Notes under the pieces: model-generated
Databases searched by the model: none
The model's input: only the letters and a program-made list of their open reading frames with translations
Told to the model about the DNA's origin: nothing
Translations under genes and position numbers: made by a program
In this document: positions 1 to 12,543 of the stretch, piece after piece
Layout of the letters: each line of letters starts with the position of its first letter
Numbering within the stretch: the first letter of the stretch is position 1
Assembly (NCBI GenBank): GCA_964057225.1
Contig: OZ059900.1
Span: 7,936,001-8,000,000, forward strand
Origin: Auanema rhodensis
Taxonomy: Eukaryota > Animalia > Nematoda
Direction: 5' to 3'
DNA: 64,000 nucleotides

Positions 1-3000
1 AAACTTTTGATCTTAAGCATATTTTTTTCTTCTAAAACGACTAAATGTATGAAATACTGTCATAGAATGTTCATATAGGTGTATTTTGCACGAATATCAA
101 AACTGATTGAAATATGGGCCTTTTTATGTTCAAAACGCCATATATTCAACGATTTTGGGTACAAAACATGTGAAAACTGTATGTTTTGATCAGACCCTTT
201 GAGATATGGATTTGGAATTCAGGATTCATAAACTTTGACTATTTTTACATATATATGTTCAATTTTAACCACTTTGGTCAAAAAGGACCGAAAATATCAA
301 GAATTATTGGTTTTTTGGGGTTTGAAGGGCATTTTGGCTAAATCAGTCAAACTTTTGATCTTAAGCATATTTTTTTCTTCTAAAACGACTAAAGGTATGA
401 AATACTGTCATAGAATGTTCATATAGGTGTATTTTGCACGAATATCAAAACTGATTGAAATATGGGTCTTTTTATGTTCAAAACGCCATATATTCAACGA
501 TTTTGGGTACAAAACATGTGAAAACTGTATGTTTTGATCAGACCCTTTGAGATATGGATTTGAAATTCAGGATTCATAAACTTTGACTATTTTTACATAT
601 ATATGTCCAATTTTAACCACTTTGGTCAAAAAGGACCGAAAATATCAAGAATTATTGGTTTTTTGGGGATTGAAGGGCATTTTGGCAAAATCAGTCAAAC
701 TTTTGATCTTAAGCATATTTTTTTCTTCTAAAACGACTAAATGTATGAAATACTGTCATAGAATGTTCATATAGGTGTATTTTGCACGAATATCAAAACT
801 GATTGAAATATGGGCCTTTTTATGTTCAAAACGCCATATATTCAACGATTTTGGGTACAAAACATGTGAAAACTGTATGTTTTGATCAGACCCTTTGAGA
901 TATGGATTTGGAATTCAGGATTCATACACTTTGACTATTTTTACATATATATGTTCAATTTTAACCACTTTGGTCAAAAAGGACCGAAAATATCAAGAAT
1001 TATTGGTTTTTTGGGGATCGAAGGGCATTTTGGCAAAATCAGTCAAACTTTTGATCTTAAGCATATTTTTTTCTTCTAAAACGACTAAATGTATGAAATA
1101 CTGTCATAGAATGTTCATATAGGTGTATTTTGCACAAATATCAAAACTGATTGAAATATGGGCCTTTTTATGCTCAAAACGCCATATATTCAACGATTTT
1201 GGGTACAAAACATGTGAAAACTGTATGTTTTGATCAGACCCTTTGAGATATGGATTTGAAATTCAGCATTCATAAACTTTGACTATTTTTACATATATAT
1301 GTTCAATTTTAACCACTTTGGTCAAAAAGGACCGAAAATATCAAGAATTATTGGTTTTTTGGGGTTTGAAGGGCATTTTGGCAAAATCAGTCAAACTTTT
1401 GATCTTAAGCATATTTTTTTCTTCTAAAACGACTAAATGTATGAAATACTGTCATAGAATGTTCATATAGGTGTATTTTGCACGAATATCAAAACTGATT
1501 GAAATATGGGCCTTTTTATGCTCAAAACGCCATATATTCAACGATTTTGGGTACAAAACATGTGAAAACTGTATGTTTTGATCAGACCCTTTGAGATATG
1601 GATTTGAAATTCAGGATTCATAAACTTTGACTATTTTTACATATATATGTCCAATTTTAACCACTTTGGTCAAAAAGGACCGAAAATATCAAGAATTATT
1701 GGTTTTTTGGGGATTGAAGGGCATTTTGGCAAAATCAGTCAAACTTTTGATCTTAAGCATATTTTTTTCTTCTAAAACGACTAAATGTATGAAATACTGT
1801 CATAGAATGTTCATATAGGTGTATTTTGCACAAATATCAAAACTGATTGAAATATGGGCCTTTTTATGCTCAAAACGCCATATATTCAACGATTTTGGGT
1901 ACAAAACATGTGAAAACGGTATGTTTTGATCAGACCCTTTGAGATATGGATTTGAAATTCAGGATTCATAAACTTCGACTATTTCTACATATATATGTCC
2001 AATTTTAACCACTTTGGTCAAAAAGGACCGAAAATATCAAGAATTATTGGTTTTTTGGGGTTTGAAGGGCATTTTGGCAAAATCAGTCAAACTTTTGATC
2101 TTAAGCATATTTTTTTCTTCTAAAACGACTAAATGTATGAAATACTGTCAAAGAATGTTCATATAGGTGTATTTTGCACGAATATCAAAACTGATTGAAA
2201 TATGGGCCTTTTTATGCTCAAAACGCCATATATTCAACGATTTTGGGTACAAAACATGTGAAAACTGTATGTTTTGATCAGACAATTTGAGATATGGATT
2301 TGAAATTCAGGATTCATAAACTTCGACTATTTCTACATATATATGTCCAATTTTAACCACTTTGGTCAAAAAGGACCGAAAATATCAAGAATTATTGGTT
2401 TTTTGGGGTTTGAAGGGCATTTTGGCAAAATCAGTCAAACTTTTGATCTTAAGCATATTTTTTTTTTCTAAAACGACTAAATGTATGAAATACTGTCATA
2501 GAATGTTCATATAGGTGTATTTTGCACGAATATCAAAACTGATTGAAATATGGGTCTTTTTATGTTCAAAACGCCATATATTCAACGATTTTGGGTACAA
2601 AACATGTGAAAACTGTATGTTTTGATCAGACCCTTTGAGATATGGATTTGAAATTCAGGATTCATAAACTTTGACTATTTTTACATATATATGTCAAATT
2701 TTAACCACTTTGGTCAAAAAGGACCGAAAATATCAAGAATTATTGGTTTTTTGGGGATTGAAGGGCATTTTGGCAAAATCAGTCAAACTTTTGATCTTAA
2801 GCATATTTTTTTCTTCTAAAACGACTAAATGTATGAAATACTGTCATAGAATGTTCATATAGGTGTATTTTGCACGAATATCAAAACTGATTGAAATATG
2901 GGCCTTTTTATGTTCAAAACGCCATATATTCAACGATTTTGGGTACAAAACATGTGAAAACTGTATGTTTTGATCAGACCCTTTGAGATATGGATTTGGA

Positions 3001-6000
3001 ATTCAGGATTCATAAACTTTGACTATTTTTACATATATATGTTCAATTTTAACCACTTTGGTCAAAAAGGACCGAAAATATCAAGAATTATTGGTTTTTT
3101 GGGGTTTGAAGGGCATTTTGGCTAAATCAGTCAAACTTTTGATCTTAAGCATATTTTTTTCTTCTAAAACGACTAAATGTATGAAATACTGTCATAGAAT
3201 GTTCATATAGGTGTATTTTGCACGAATATCAAAACTGATTGAAATATGGGTCTTTTTATGTTCAAAACGCCATATATTCAACGATTTTGGGTACAAAACA
3301 TGTGAAAACGGTATGTTTTGATCAGACCCTTTGAGATATGGATTTGAAATTCAGGATTCATAAACTTTGACTATTTTTACATATATATGTCCAATTTTAA
3401 CCACTTTGGTCAAAAAGGACCGAAAATATCAAGAATTATTGGTTTTTTGGGGATTGAAGGGCATTTTGGCAAAATCAGTCAAACTTTTGATCTTAAGCAT
3501 ATTTTTTTCTTCTAAAACGACTAAATGTATGAAATACTGTCATAGAATGTTCATATAGGTGTATTTTGCACAAATATCAAAACTGATTGAAATATGGGCC
3601 TTTTTATGCTCAAAACGCCATATATTCAACGATTTTGGGTACAAAACATGTGAAAACGGTATGTTTTGATCAGACCCTTTGAGATATGGATTTGAAATTC
3701 AGGATTCATAAACTTCGACTATTTCTACATATATATGTCCAATTTTAACCACTTTGGTCGAAAAGGACCGAAAATATCAAGAATTATTGGTTTTTTGGGG
3801 TTTGAAGGGCATTTTGGCAAAATCAGTCAAACTTTTGATCTTAAGCATATTTTTTTCTTCTAAAACGACTAAATGTATGAAATACTGTCAAAGAATGTTC
3901 ATATAGGTGTATTTTGCACGAATATCAAAACTGATTGAAATATGGGCCTTTTTATGCTCAAAACGCCATATATTCAACGATTTTGGGTACAAAACATGTG
4001 AAAACTGTATGTTTTGATCAGACCCTTTGAGATATGGATTTGAAATTCAGGATTCATAAACTTCGACTATTTCTACATATATATGTCCAATTTTAACCAC
4101 TTTAGTCAAAAAGGACCGAAAATATCAAGAATTATTGGTTTTTTGGGGTTTGAAGGGCATTTTGGCAAAATCAGTCAAACTTTTGATCTTAAGCATATTT
4201 TTTTTTCTAAAACGACTAAATGTATGAAATACTGTCAAAGAATGTTCATATAGGTGTATTTTGCACGAATATCAAAACTGATTGAAATATGGGCCTTTTT
4301 ATGCTCAAAACGCCATATATTCAACGATTTTGGGTACAAAACATGTGAAAACTGTATGTTTTGATCAGACCCTTTGAGATATGGATTTGAAATTCAGCAT
4401 TCATAAACTTTGACTATTTTTACATATATATGTTCAATTTTAACCACTTTGGTCAAAAAGGACCGAAAATATCAAGAATTATTGGTTTTTTGGGGTTTGA
4501 AGGGCATTTTGGCAAAATCAGTCAAACTTTTGATCTTAAGCATATTTTTTTCTTCTAAAACGACTAAATGTATGAAATACTGTCATAGAATGTTCATATA
4601 GGTGTATTTTGCACGAATATCAAAACTGATTGAAATATGGGCCTTTTTATGTTCAAAACGCCATATATTCAACGATTTTGGGTACAAAACATGTGAAAAC
4701 TGTATGTTTTGATCAGACCCTTTGAGATATGGATTTGAAATTCAGGATTCATAAACTTTGACTATTTTTACATATATATGTCCAATTTTAACCACTTTGG
4801 TCAAAAAGGACCGAAAATATCAAGAATTATTGGTTTTTTGGGGATTGAAGGGCATTTTGGCAAAATCAGTCAAACTTTTGATCTTAAGCATATTTTTTTC
4901 TTCTAAAACGACTAAATGTATGAAATACTGTCATAGAATGTTCATATAGGTGTATTTTGCACAAATATCAAAACTGATTGAAATATGGGCCTTTTTATGC
5001 TCAAAACGCCATATATTCAACGATTTTGGGTACAAAACATGTGAAAACGGTATGTTTTGATCAGACCCTTTGAGATATGGATTTGAAATTCAGGATTCAT
5101 AAACTTCGACTATTTCTACATATATATGTCCAATTTTAACCACTTTGGTCAAAAAGGACCGAAAATATCAAGAATTATTGGTTTTTTGGGGTTTGAAGGG
5201 CATTTTGGCAAAATCAGTCAAACTTTTGATCTTAAGCATATTTTTTTCTTCTAAAACGACTAAATGTATGAAATACTGTCATAGAATGTTCATATAGGTG
5301 TATTTTGCACAAATATCAAAACTGATTGAAATATGGGCCTTTTTATGCTCAAAACGCCATATATTCAACGATTTTGGGTACAAAACATGTGAAAACGGTA
5401 TGTTTTGATCAGACCCTTTGAGATATGGATTTGAAATTCAGGATTCATAAACTTCGACTATTTCTACATATATATGTCCAATTTTAACCACTTTGGTCGA
5501 AAAGGACCGAAAATATCAAGAATTATTGGTTTTTTGGGGTTTGAAGGGCATTTTGGCAAAATCAGTCAAACTTTTGATCTTAAGCATATTTTTTTCTTCT
5601 AAAACGACTAAATGTATGAAATACTGTCAAAGAATGTTCATATAGGTGTATTTTGCACGAATATCAAAACTGATTGAAATATGGGCCTTTTTATGCTCAA
5701 AACGCCATATATTCAACGATTTTGGGTACAAAACATGTGAAAACTGTATGTTTTGATCAGACCCTTTGAGATATGGATTTGAAATTCAGGATTTATAAAC
5801 TTCGACTATTTCTACATATATATGTCCAATTTTAACCACTTTAGTCAAAAAGGACCGAAAATATCAAGAATTATTGGTTTTTTGGGGTTTGAAGGGCATT
5901 TTGGCAAAATCAGTCAAACTTTTGATCTTAAGCATATTTTTTTTTCTAAAACGACTAAATGTATGAAATACTGTCAAAGAATGTTCATATAGGTGTATTT

Positions 6001-9000
6001 TGCACGAATATCAAAACTGATTGAAATATGGGCCTTTTTATGCTCAAAACGCCATATATTCAACGATTTTGGGTACAAAACATGTGAAAACTGTATGTTT
6101 TGATCAGACCCTTTGAGATATGGATTTGAAATTCAGCATTCATAAACTTTGACTATTTTTACATATATATGTTCAATTTTAACCACTTTGGTCAAAAAGG
6201 ACCGAAAATATCAAGAATTATTGGTTTTTTGGGGTTTGAAGGGCATTTTGGCAAAATCAGTCAAACTTTTGATCTTAAGCATATTTTTTTCTTCTAAAAC
6301 GACTAAATGTATGAAATACTGTCATAGAATGTTCATATAGGTGTATTTTGCACGAATATCAAAACTGATTGAAATATGGGCCTTTTTATGTTCAAAACGC
6401 CATATATTCAACGATTTTGGGTACAAAACATGTGAAAACTGTATGTTTTGATCAGACCCTTTGAGATATGGATTTGAAATTCAGGATTCATAAACTTTGA
6501 CTATTTTTACATATATATGTCCAATTTTAACCACTTTGGTCAAAAACGACCGAAAATATCAAGAATTATTGGTTTTTTGGGGATTGAAGGGCATTTTGGC
6601 AAAATCAGTCAAACTTTTGATCTTAAGCATATTTTTTTCTTCTAAAACGACTAAATGTATGAAATACTGTCATAGAATGTTCATATAGGTGTATTTTGCA
6701 CAAATATCAAAACTGATTGAAATATGGGCCTTTTTATGCTCAAAACGCCATATATTCAACGATTTTGGGTACAAAACATGTGAAAACGGTATGTTTTGAT
6801 CAGACCCTTTGAGATATGGATTTGAAATTCAGGATTCATAAACTTCGACTATTTCTACATATATATGTCCAATTTTAACCACTTTGGTCAAAAAGGACCG
6901 AAAATATCAAGAATTATTGGTTTTTTGGGGTTTGAAGGGCATTTTGGCAAAATCAGTCAAACTTTTGATCTTAAGCATATTTTTTTCTTCTAAAACGACT
7001 AAATGTATGAAATACTGTCAAAGAATGTTCATATAGGTGTATTTTGCACGAATATCAAAACTGATTGAAATATGGGCCTTTTTATGCTCAAAACGCCATA
7101 TATTCAACGATTTTGGGTACAAAACATGTGAAAACTGTATGTTTTGATCAGACAATTTGAGATATGGATTTGAAATTCAGGATTCATAAACTTCGACTAT
7201 TTCTACATATATATGTCCAATTTTAACCACTTTGGTCAAAAAGGACCGAAAATATCAAGAATTATTGGTTTTTTGGGGTTTGAAGGGCATTTTGGCAAAA
7301 TCAGTCAAACTTTTGATCTTAAGCATATTTTTTTTTTCTAAAACGACTAAATGTATGAAATACATTCAAAGAATGTTCATATAGGTGTATTTTGCACGAA
7401 TATCAAAACTGATTGAAATATGGGCCTTTTTATGCTCAAAACGCCATATATTCAACGATTTTGGGTACAAAACATGTGAAAACTGTATGTTTTGATCAGA
7501 CCCTTTGAGATATGGATTTGAAATTCAGCATTCATAAACTTTGACTATTTTTACATATATATGTTCAATTTTAACCACTTTGGTCAAAAAGGACCGAAAA
7601 TATCAAGAATTATTGGTTTTTTGGGGTTTGAAGGGCATTTTGGCAAAATCAGTCAAACTTTTGATCTTAAGCATATTTTTTTCTTCTAAAACGACTAAAT
7701 GTATGAAATACTGTCATAGAATGTTCATATAGGTGTATTTTGCACGAATATCAAAACTGATTGAAATATGGGCCTTTTTATGTTCAAAACGCCATATATT
7801 CAACGATTTTGGGTACAAAACATGTGAAAACTGTATGTTTTGATCAGACCCTTTGAGATATGGATTTGAAATTCAGGATTCATAAACTTTGACTATTGTT
7901 ACATATATATGTCCAATTTTAACCACTTTGGTCAAAAAGGACCGAAAATATCAAGAATTATTGGTTTTTTGGGGATTGAAGGGCATTTTGGCAAAATCAG
8001 TCAAACTTTTGATCTTAAGCATATTTTTTTCTTCTAAAACGACTAAATGTATGAAATACTGTCATAGAATGTTCATATAGGTGTATTTTGCACAAATATC
8101 AAAACTGATTGAAATATGGGCCTTTTTATGCTCAAAACGCCATATATTCAACGATTTTGGGTACAAAACATGTGAAAACTGTATGTTTTGATCAGACCCT
8201 TTGAGATATGGATTTGAAATTCAGGATTCATAAACTTTGACTATTTTTACATATATATGTCCAATTTTAACCACTTTGGTCAAAAAGGACCGAAAATATC
8301 AAGAATTATTGGTTTTTTGGGGTTTGAAGGGCATTTTGGCAAAATCAGTCAAACTTTTGATCTTAAGCATATTTTTTTCTTCTAAAACGACTAAATGTAT
8401 GAAATACTGTCAAAAAATGTTCATATAGGTGTATTTTGCACGAATATCAAAACTGATTGAAATATGGGCCTTTTTATGTTCAAAACGCCATATATTCAAC
8501 GATTTTGGGTACAAAACATGTGAAAACTGTATGTTTTGATCAGACCCTTTGAGATATGGATTTGAAATTCAGGATTCATAAACTTCGACTATTTTTACAT
8601 ATATATGTCCAATTTTAACCACTTTGGTCGAAAAGGACCGAAAATATCAAGAATTATTGGTTTTTTGGGGATTGAAGGGCATTTTGGCAAAATCAGTCAA
8701 ACTTTTGATCTTAAGCATATTTTTTATTTCTAAAACGACTAAATGTATGAAATACTGTCATAGAATGTTCATATAGGTGTATTTTGCACGAATATCAAAA
8801 CTGATTGAAATATGGGCCTTTTTATGTTCAAAACGCCATATATTCAACGATTTTGGGTACAAAACATGTGAAAACTGTATGTTTTGATCAGACCCTTTGA
8901 GATATGGATTTGGAATTCAGGATTCATAAACTTTGACTATTTTTACATATATATGTCCAATTTTAACCACTTTGGTCAAAAAGGACCGAAAATATCAAGA

Positions 9001-12000
9001 ATTATTGGTTTTTTGGGGATTGAAGGGCATTTTGGCAAAATCAGTCAAACTTTTGATCTTAAGCATATTTTTTTCTTCTAAAACGACTAAATGTATGAAA
9101 TACTGTCATAGAATGTTCATATAGGTGTATTTTGCACAAATATCAAAACTGATTGAAATATGGGCCTTTTTATGCTCAAAACGCCATATATTCAACGATT
9201 TTGGGTACAAAACATGTGAAAACGGTATGTTTTGATCAGACCCTTTGAGATATGGATTTGAAATTCAGGATTCATAAACTTCGACTATTTCTACATATAT
9301 ATGTCCAATTTTAACCACTTTGGTCAAAAAGGACCGAAAATATCAAGAATTATTGGTTTTTTAGGGTTTGAAGGGCATTTTGGCAAAATCAGTCAAACTT
9401 TTGATCTTAAGCATATTTTTTTCTTCTAAAACGACTAAATGTATGAAATACTGTCAAAGAATGTTCATATAGTTGTATTTTGCACGAATATCAAAACTGA
9501 TTGAAATATGGGCCTTTTTATGTTCAAAACGCCATATATTCAACGATTTTGGGTACAAAACATGTGAAAACTGTATGTTTTGATCAGACCCTTTGAGATA
9601 TGGATTTGAAATTCAGGATTCATAAACTTCGACTATTTCTACATATATATGTCCAATTTTAACCACTTTGGTCAAAAAGGACCGAAAATATCAAGAATTA
9701 TTGGTTTTTTGGGGTTTGAAGGGCATTTTGGCAAAATCAGTCAAACTTTTGATCTTAAGCATATTTTTTTCTTCTAAAACGACTAAATGTATGAAATACT
9801 GTCAAAGAATGTTCATATAGGTGTATTTTGCACGAATATCAAAACTGATTGAAATATGGGCCTTTTTATGCTCAAAACGCCATATATTCAACGATTTTGG
9901 GTACAAAACATGTGAAAACTGTATGTTTTGATCAGACCCTTTGAGATAAGGATTTAAAATTCAGGATTCATAAAATTCAACTATTTTTACATATATATGT
10001 CCAATTTTAACCACTTTGGTCAAAAAGGACCGAAAATATCAAGAATTATTGGTTTTTTGGGGTTTGAAGGGCATTTTGGCAAAATCAGTCAAACTTTTGA
10101 TCTTAAGCATATTTTTTTCTTCTAAAACGACTAAATGTATGAAATACTGTCATAGAATGTTCATATAGGTGTATTTTGCACGAATATCAAAACTGATTGA
10201 AATATGGGCCTTTTTATGCTCAAAACGCCATATATTCAACGATTTTGGGTACAAAACATGTGAAAACTGTATGTTTTGATCAGACCCTTTGAGATATGGA
10301 TTTAAAATTCAGGATTCAAAAAATTTGACTATTTTTACATATATATGTCCAATTTTAACCACTTTGGTCAAAAAGGACCGAAAATATCAAGAATTATTGG
10401 TTTTTTGGGGTTTGAAGGGCATTTTGGCAAAATCAGTCAAACTTTTGATCTTAAGCATATTTTTTTCTTCTAAAACGACTAAATGTATGAAATACTGTCA
10501 TAGAATGTTCATATAGGTGTATTTTGCACGAATATCAAAACTGATTGAAATATGGGCCTTTTTATGCTCAAAACGCCATATATTCAACGATTTTGGGTAC
10601 AAAACATGTGAAAACTGTATGTTTTGATCAGACCCTTTGAGATATGGATTTGAAATTCAGGATTCATAAACTTCGACTATTTCTACATATATATGTCCAA
10701 TTTTAACCACTTTGGTCAAAAAGGACCGAAAATATCAAGAATTATTGGTTTTTTGGGGTTTGAAGGGCATTTTGGCAAAATCAGTCAAACTTTTGATCTT
10801 AAGCATATTTTTTTCTTCTAAAACGACTAAATGTATGAAATACTGTCAAAGAATGTTCATATAGGTGTATTTTGCACGAATATCAAAACTGATTGAAATA
10901 TGGGCCTTTTTATGCTCAAAACGCCATATATTCAACGATTTTGGGTACAAAACATGTGAAAACGGTATGTTTTGATCAGACCCTTTGAGATATGGATTTG
11001 AAATTCAGGATTCATAAACTTCGACTATTTCTACATATATATGTCCAATTTTAACCACTTTGGTCAAAAAGGACCGAAAATATCAAGAATTATTGGTTTT
11101 TTAGGGTTTGAAGGGCATTTTGGCAAAATCAGTCAAACTTTTGATCTTAAGCATATTTTTTTCTTCTAAAACGACTAAATGTATGAAATACTGTCATAGA
11201 ATGTTCATATAGGTGTATTTTGCACGAATATCAAAACTGATTGAAATATGGGCCTTTTTATGCTCAAAACGCCATATATTCAACGATTTTGGGTACAAAA
11301 CATGTGAAAACGGTATGTTTTGATCAGACCCTTTGAGATATGGATTTAAAATTCAGGATTCAAAAAATTTGACTATTTTTACATATATATGTCCAATTTT
11401 AACCACTTTGGTCAAAAAGGACCGAAAATATCAAGAATTATTGGTTTTTTGGGGTTTGAAGGGCATTTTGGCAAAATCAGTCAAACTTTTGATCTTAAGC
11501 ATATTTTTTTCTTCTAAAACGACTAAATGTATGAAATACTGTCATAGAATGTTCATATAGGTGTATTTTGCACGAATATCAAAACTGATTGAAATATGGG
11601 CCTTTTTATGCTCAAAACGCCATATATTCAACGATTTTGGGTACAAAACATGTGAAAACTGTATGTTTTGATCAGACCCTTTGAGATATGGATTTGAAAT
11701 TCAGGATTCATAAACTTCGACTATTTCTACATATATATGTCCAATTTTAACCACTTTGGTCAAAAAGGACCGAAAATATCAAGAATTATTGGTTTTTTGG
11801 GGTTTGAAGGGCATTTTGGCAAAATCAGTCAAACTTTTGATCTTAAGCATATTTTTTTCTTCTAAAACGACTAAATGTATGAAATACTGTCAAAGAATGT
11901 TCATATAGGTGTATTTTGCACGAATATCAAAACTGATTGAAATATGGGCCTTTTTATGCTCAAAACGCCATATATTCAACGATTTTGGGTACAAAACATG

Positions 12001-12431
12001 TGAAAACGGTATGTTTTGATCAGACCCTTTGAGATATGGATTTGAAATTCAGGATTCATAAACTTCGACTATTTCTACATATATATGTCCAATTTTAACC
12101 ACTTTGGTCAAAAAGGACCGAAAATATCAAGAATTATTGGTTTTTTAGGGTTTGAAGGGCATTTTGGCAAAATCAGTCAAACTTTTGATCTTAAGCATAT
12201 TTTTTTCTTCTAAAACGACTAAATGTATGAAATACTGTCAAAGAATGTTCATATAGTTGTATTTTGCACGAATATCAAAACTGATTGAAATATGGGCCTT
12301 TTTATGTTCAAAACGCCATATATTCAACGATTTTGGGTACAAAACATGTGAAAACTGTATGTTTTGATCAGACCCTTTGAGATATGGATTTGAAATTCAG
12401 GATTCATAAACTTCGACTATTTCTACATATA
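1..12431. repeat. 348-bp tandem satellite DNA array, left arm (about 36 monomers; continues beyond the window)
   Basis: Bases 1-348 recur from 349 (aaacttttgatcttaagc...). The ORF track recurs at multiples of 348 (235, 583, 1279, 1627...). Hand count gives 105/348 G+C in monomer 1. Monomers differ at only a few recurrent sites. Confidence 0.99.
12430..12431. other. TA target-site duplication (left copy)
   Basis: Unoccupied monomers read ACATATATATGT. Here the sequence is ACATATA-[element]-TATATGT, i.e. 2 extra bases (TA). Confidence 0.95.
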
Positions 12432-12462
12432 CAGGGTGGGTGAGAAGTATTGAGAGATTTTT
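12432..12462 (+). repeat. Terminal inverted repeat (3' end relative to transposase), CAGGGTGGGTGAGAAGTATTGAGAGATTTTT
   Basis: 31/31 match to the reverse complement of 13704-13734. Confidence 0.97.
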
Positions 12463-12506
12463 GAGAGTTAATATTTGGAACAAAAACAGTTTTTTTTTAA
12501 TCAAAT

Positions 12507-12512
12507 TTTATT
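12507..12512 (-). terminator. Putative polyadenylation signal (AATAAA) of the transposase transcript
   Basis: tttatt on the plus strand is AATAAA on the minus strand, about 30 nt after the stop codon. It is followed on the minus strand by a GT/T-rich tract (CTGTTTTTGTT) before the TIR. Confidence 0.6.
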
Positions 12513-12543
12513 TATACATAGGGTAGTATTTCACAAAGTTAAT

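Noticed and set aside
246-251. TACATA as an amplified Tc1-type excision footprint
   Set aside because: A six-base AT-rich match that is part of the consensus palindrome. No monomer lacking it is available for comparison, and no length change is seen at any empty site.
311-323. Telomere-like motifs (TTTTGGGG in the consensus; TTAGGG in variant monomers, e.g. 9361)
   Set aside because: Single non-tandem occurrences per monomer; TTAGGG arises from one G>A substitution.
1-348. Assignment to a named satellite family or species
   Set aside because: I do not recognise the monomer; a database search is required.
1973-1990. CENP-B box at the cttcg variant
   Set aside because: Only TTCG matches; the required downstream CGGG is absent.
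4196-4210. 347-bp monomers as homopolymer sequencing errors
   Set aside because: The 1-bp loss recurs at consistent HOR positions and is linked to other variants, so it is mostly real. Individual T9 versus T10 calls remain uncertain.
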